Shown here one piece after another: positions 61,432 to 64,000 of a stretch of DNA of 64,000 nucleotides (position 1 is the stretch's first letter; the number at the start of each line of letters is the position of its first letter). This DNA is from an uncultured Solibacteraceae bacterium (GTDB lineage: Bacteria > Acidobacteriota > Terriglobia > Bryobacterales > Bryobacteraceae). The stretch lies in assembly GCA_964500255.1 (NCBI GenBank), contig CAZCPL010000001.1, forward strand, positions 8,567 through 72,566, given 5' to 3'. Below the pieces are notes generated by a model. That model saw only the letters and a list, made by a program, of their open reading frames with translations. It had not been told where the DNA came from and did no database searches. Both the position numbers and the translations under genes were made by a program.

Positions 61432-61537
61432 GCCTATTAGACGCGTAAAGCAACGCACAAGTGACATCAGGTAAAGTCGCGGTTAAACCGTGAGGTACTC
61501 CGTAACATAGGAAATACCATCCGCGTTCTGACTATTG

Positions 61538-64000
61538 GTGCATTTTAGATGGCTTTTTCTCGCCTTCGTGACTGCGTTGCTCGCCAGTGGGCAATCTGCG
61601 ATGATTCCCCAAGCAGGTACAGTGAAAGCGGCAGGAATCGCGATTCCCGGCGCTGTGGTCACCGCTACGGCGGATGGGGCCAAGGTCTCCACTGTCACCG
61701 ATGAAAATGGCAGCTACAGGTTTGCCGGATTGAGTCCCGGGCTTTGGAAACTTGAGATCCGGATGACGGGATTTCAGCCGGCTCTCAAAGATATCGCCGT
61801 TGCGGCATCCGCGCCGCCGGTGGAATGGACGCTCGAGATGCAACAGCGCCCGGCGATCGCAACTCCTCCCGTCCCAGGCGCAGGACGCGGATTCCAAAGA
61901 GTCGCTGTGACCGAACCGGGCGGAACGCTACCAGATGTCGATAATATTCCTCCGCCTCCGGCCTCGGTTCAGGATACAAACGGATCCTCCGGCAACTCCA
62001 ACGAATCTTTCCTATTGAATGGCAGCCTCAGTGCCGGTTTGGAAAGCGGCATGCAGCGCGCCGGTGACTTTGGAGGTGGTTTCCCCGGTGGCGGTGGACC
62101 ACCCGGCACGAGCCGTGAAGCCGGACTCTTCGGGGGACAACAACAGGAAGGCGGAGGAAACGCCCCAGGGTTCGGGGGACGCGGCGGACGCGGCGGCGGT
62201 GGACCTCCTGGAGGCTTCGGCGGTGGACGCGGAGGACCCGGCGGCGGCGGACGCCCCACTGGCGGACCTCCCGGTGCCAGAGCCGGACGCGAACGCGGAC
62301 GCGGCGGACCACAAGGCCGCGAAGCCGTCTTCGGCAATCGCGCGGGACGCGGCCAGCAAGGCATGCGCGGTGCCCTCACTTACACGTTCAGCAACTCTGC
62401 ATTCGATGCACGCCCATTCTCGTTGACCGGTCAAACGTTCGAGAAAGCATCCTATGCGCAGAACCGTTTCGGATTCTCACTCGGTGGCCCTCTCAAACTC
62501 GGCAAGTGGATCAAGAGCGACAAAACCTTTCTCTTCGTCAACTTCAACGGCAACTTAGGACGCAATCCATTCCAAGCGATCCAGACGCTACCAACTGCAC
62601 TCGAACGCAGTGGCGACTTCTCGGAACGCACCGCCGCGATCATCTACGATCCGCTCAATCGCAATCAACCCTTTGCAGGAAACAAGATTCCTCTCGCCCG
62701 CATCGACCCAGCCGCGCGAGGCTTGCTGGAATTCTTCCCCACCGCCAACCAGCCAGGCTTGGTGCAGAACTATCAATATGTCGCCTCGAATCTCAATCAG
62801 TCACAACAGTTGAGCGTCCGCGTCAATCGCAACCTCACCACCAAAGATCGCTTCGACATCAATAGCAACTTTCAGTGGCGCGACGCGAATTCCGTCCAGC
62901 CCTGGGGCTTTCGGGATAGCGTCGCCGGACTCGGCATGAGCGTCGGCCTTGGCTGGACCCACAACATCAGCCGTTCCACCATCAGCAACACGCGTCTCAA
63001 CTTCAGCCGCAATCGCAGCGAGACCGTTCCGTTTTTTGCTTTTGGCGAAGATGTCGGCGCGCGGCTCGGCATTGCGGGTGTCGCCACGAATCCCATCAAC
63101 TACGGGCCACCCAATCTATCATTCACAAACTTTGGCGGACTCACCGACGGCAGCCCGCTGCTTCGCCGCGATCAGACGATCTCGATCAGCCAGGCCATTA
63201 CGCTCGTCAAAGGGACGCACAACCTCTCAATTGGCGGCGATCACCGCTGGATGCAGTTAAACAATCGCACCGATTCGAACGCTCGCGGCAGCTTTAACTT
63301 CAGCGGCACACAAACCAGCGCCTTCGATGCTTCAGGCCAACCTTTAAAGGGCACAGGCTTCGATTTCGCGGACTTCCTGCTTGGACTTCCGCAATCGAGC
63401 TCGATCCGCTTCGGCGGCACGAGCACCTACTTCCGCGGATCCGCCACCTCGGCCTTCCTGCAGGATGACTGGCGCTTGCGCAGCAACCTCAGCTTCAACT
63501 TAGGGCTCAGGTACGAGTATTTTCAGCCATTCAAAGAGAAGTACGGACAAATCGCGAACCTCGACATCTCACCGGCGTTCGATGCCGTATCGGTCGTTCT
63601 TCCTGGCGCGACGGGACCGTATTCCGGCAAGTTCAATGACTCGCTGGTGGATCCCGACAAGAACAATCTCTCGCCGCGCATCGCTCTTGCATGGAAGCCG
63701 TTTCCCAAGAAACAATTGCAGGTGCGTGCAGGATACGGTGTCTACTTCAATGGCAGCATCTACAACCAATTCCCGTCGCGCCTGGCAGCCCAGCCGCCTT
63801 TCGCCAGCACAGCGTCTGTGAACACCAGCACGGCACGTACGCTCACCATCGCCAATGGATTCGCCACCGCGCCATCGCAGAGCATTACCAACTCCTTCGC
63901 AGTCGATCGCAACTATCGCGTCGGCTATGCGCAGAGCTGGAACCTCAGCATCCAACAAACCCTGCCGCATTCGTTGGTGGTCGAAGTCTCGTATCTGGCA
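61538..64000 (+). CDS. TonB-dependent receptor-like outer-membrane barrel with Gly-rich segment (partial, runs off the right window edge)
   Basis: Absent from the track because it has no stop in the window. Signal peptide, IPGAVVTA..TDENGSYRF, QNRFGFSLGGP, PTALERSGDFS, QDDWRL..FNLGLRYE. Confidence 0.9.
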   Translation, partial: MHFRWLFLAFVTALLASGQSAMIPQAGTVKAAGIAIPGAVVTATADGAKVSTVTDENGSYRFAGLSPGLWKLEIRMTGFQPALKDIAVAASAPPVEWTLEMQQRPAIATPPVPGAGRGFQRVAVTEPGGTLPDVDNIPPPPASVQDTNGSSGNSNESFLLNGSLSAGLESGMQRAGDFGGGFPGGGGPPGTSREAGLFGGQQQEGGGNAPGFGGRGGRGGGGPPGGFGGGRGGPGGGGRPTGGPPGARAGRERGRGGPQGREAVFGNRAGRGQQGMRGALTYTFSNSAFDARPFSLTGQTFEKASYAQNRFGFSLGGPLKLGKWIKSDKTFLFVNFNGNLGRNPFQAIQTLPTALERSGDFSERTAAIIYDPLNRNQPFAGNKIPLARIDPAARGLLEFFPTANQPGLVQNYQYVASNLNQSQQLSVRVNRNLTTKDRFDINSNFQWRDANSVQPWGFRDSVAGLGMSVGLGWTHNISRSTISNTRLNFSRNRSETVPFFAFGEDVGARLGIAGVATNPINYGPPNLSFTNFGGLTDGSPLLRRDQTISISQAITLVKGTHNLSIGGDHRWMQLNNRTDSNARGSFNFSGTQTSAFDASGQPLKGTGFDFADFLLGLPQSSSIRFGGTSTYFRGSATSAFLQDDWRLRSNLSFNLGLRYEYFQPFKEKYGQIANLDISPAFDAVSVVLPGATGPYSGKFNDSLVDPDKNNLSPRIALAWKPFPKKQLQVRAGYGVYFNGSIYNQFPSRLAAQPPFASTASVNTSTARTLTIANGFATAPSQSITNSFAVDRNYRVGYAQSWNLSIQQTLPHSLVVEVSYLA

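Noticed and set aside
1-64000. CRISPR array, rRNA or riboswitch
   Set aside because: No regularly spaced repeats, rRNA-like sequence or recognisable riboswitch consensus seen by eye; a covariance-model search was not possible.

Overview
GC-rich bacterial chromosome segment, inferred to be Acidobacteriota (Bryobacteraceae/Solibacter-like) from its carboxypeptidase-domain TonB-dependent receptors, TIGR02999-type ECF sigma plus Ser/Thr kinase pair, and DUF4097/DUF885 genes. The left ~14 kb is accessory. It holds a selenoprotein missed by the ORF track (in-frame UGA plus SECIS hairpin), a copper locus (CopA, YHS, Met-rich protein, 37-aa peptide) interleaved with GH130 and phosphomannomutase genes, a decayed duplicate of that junction, a hybrid kinase and a RAYT remnant. 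The middle is mostly core or catabolic: tyrS, pyc, peptidases, an ArsA/Get3-HSP20 ATPase with a small partner, a beta-oxidation cluster and secG. Two identical tRNA-Leu(GAG) genes bracket an IS1380-family element with terminal inverted repeats and a 5-bp target duplication, plus a second IR-like site 1.2 kb downstream. The right part has mobA, a lytic transglycosylase, an amidase, tRNA-Tyr, TonB receptors (one apparently plug-less with a Gly/FG/RGG-rich segment), a decayed MazF-like gene pair and trxC. About nine small pseudogenes are scattered through the window. All family calls come from motif recognition by eye; no searches were run.
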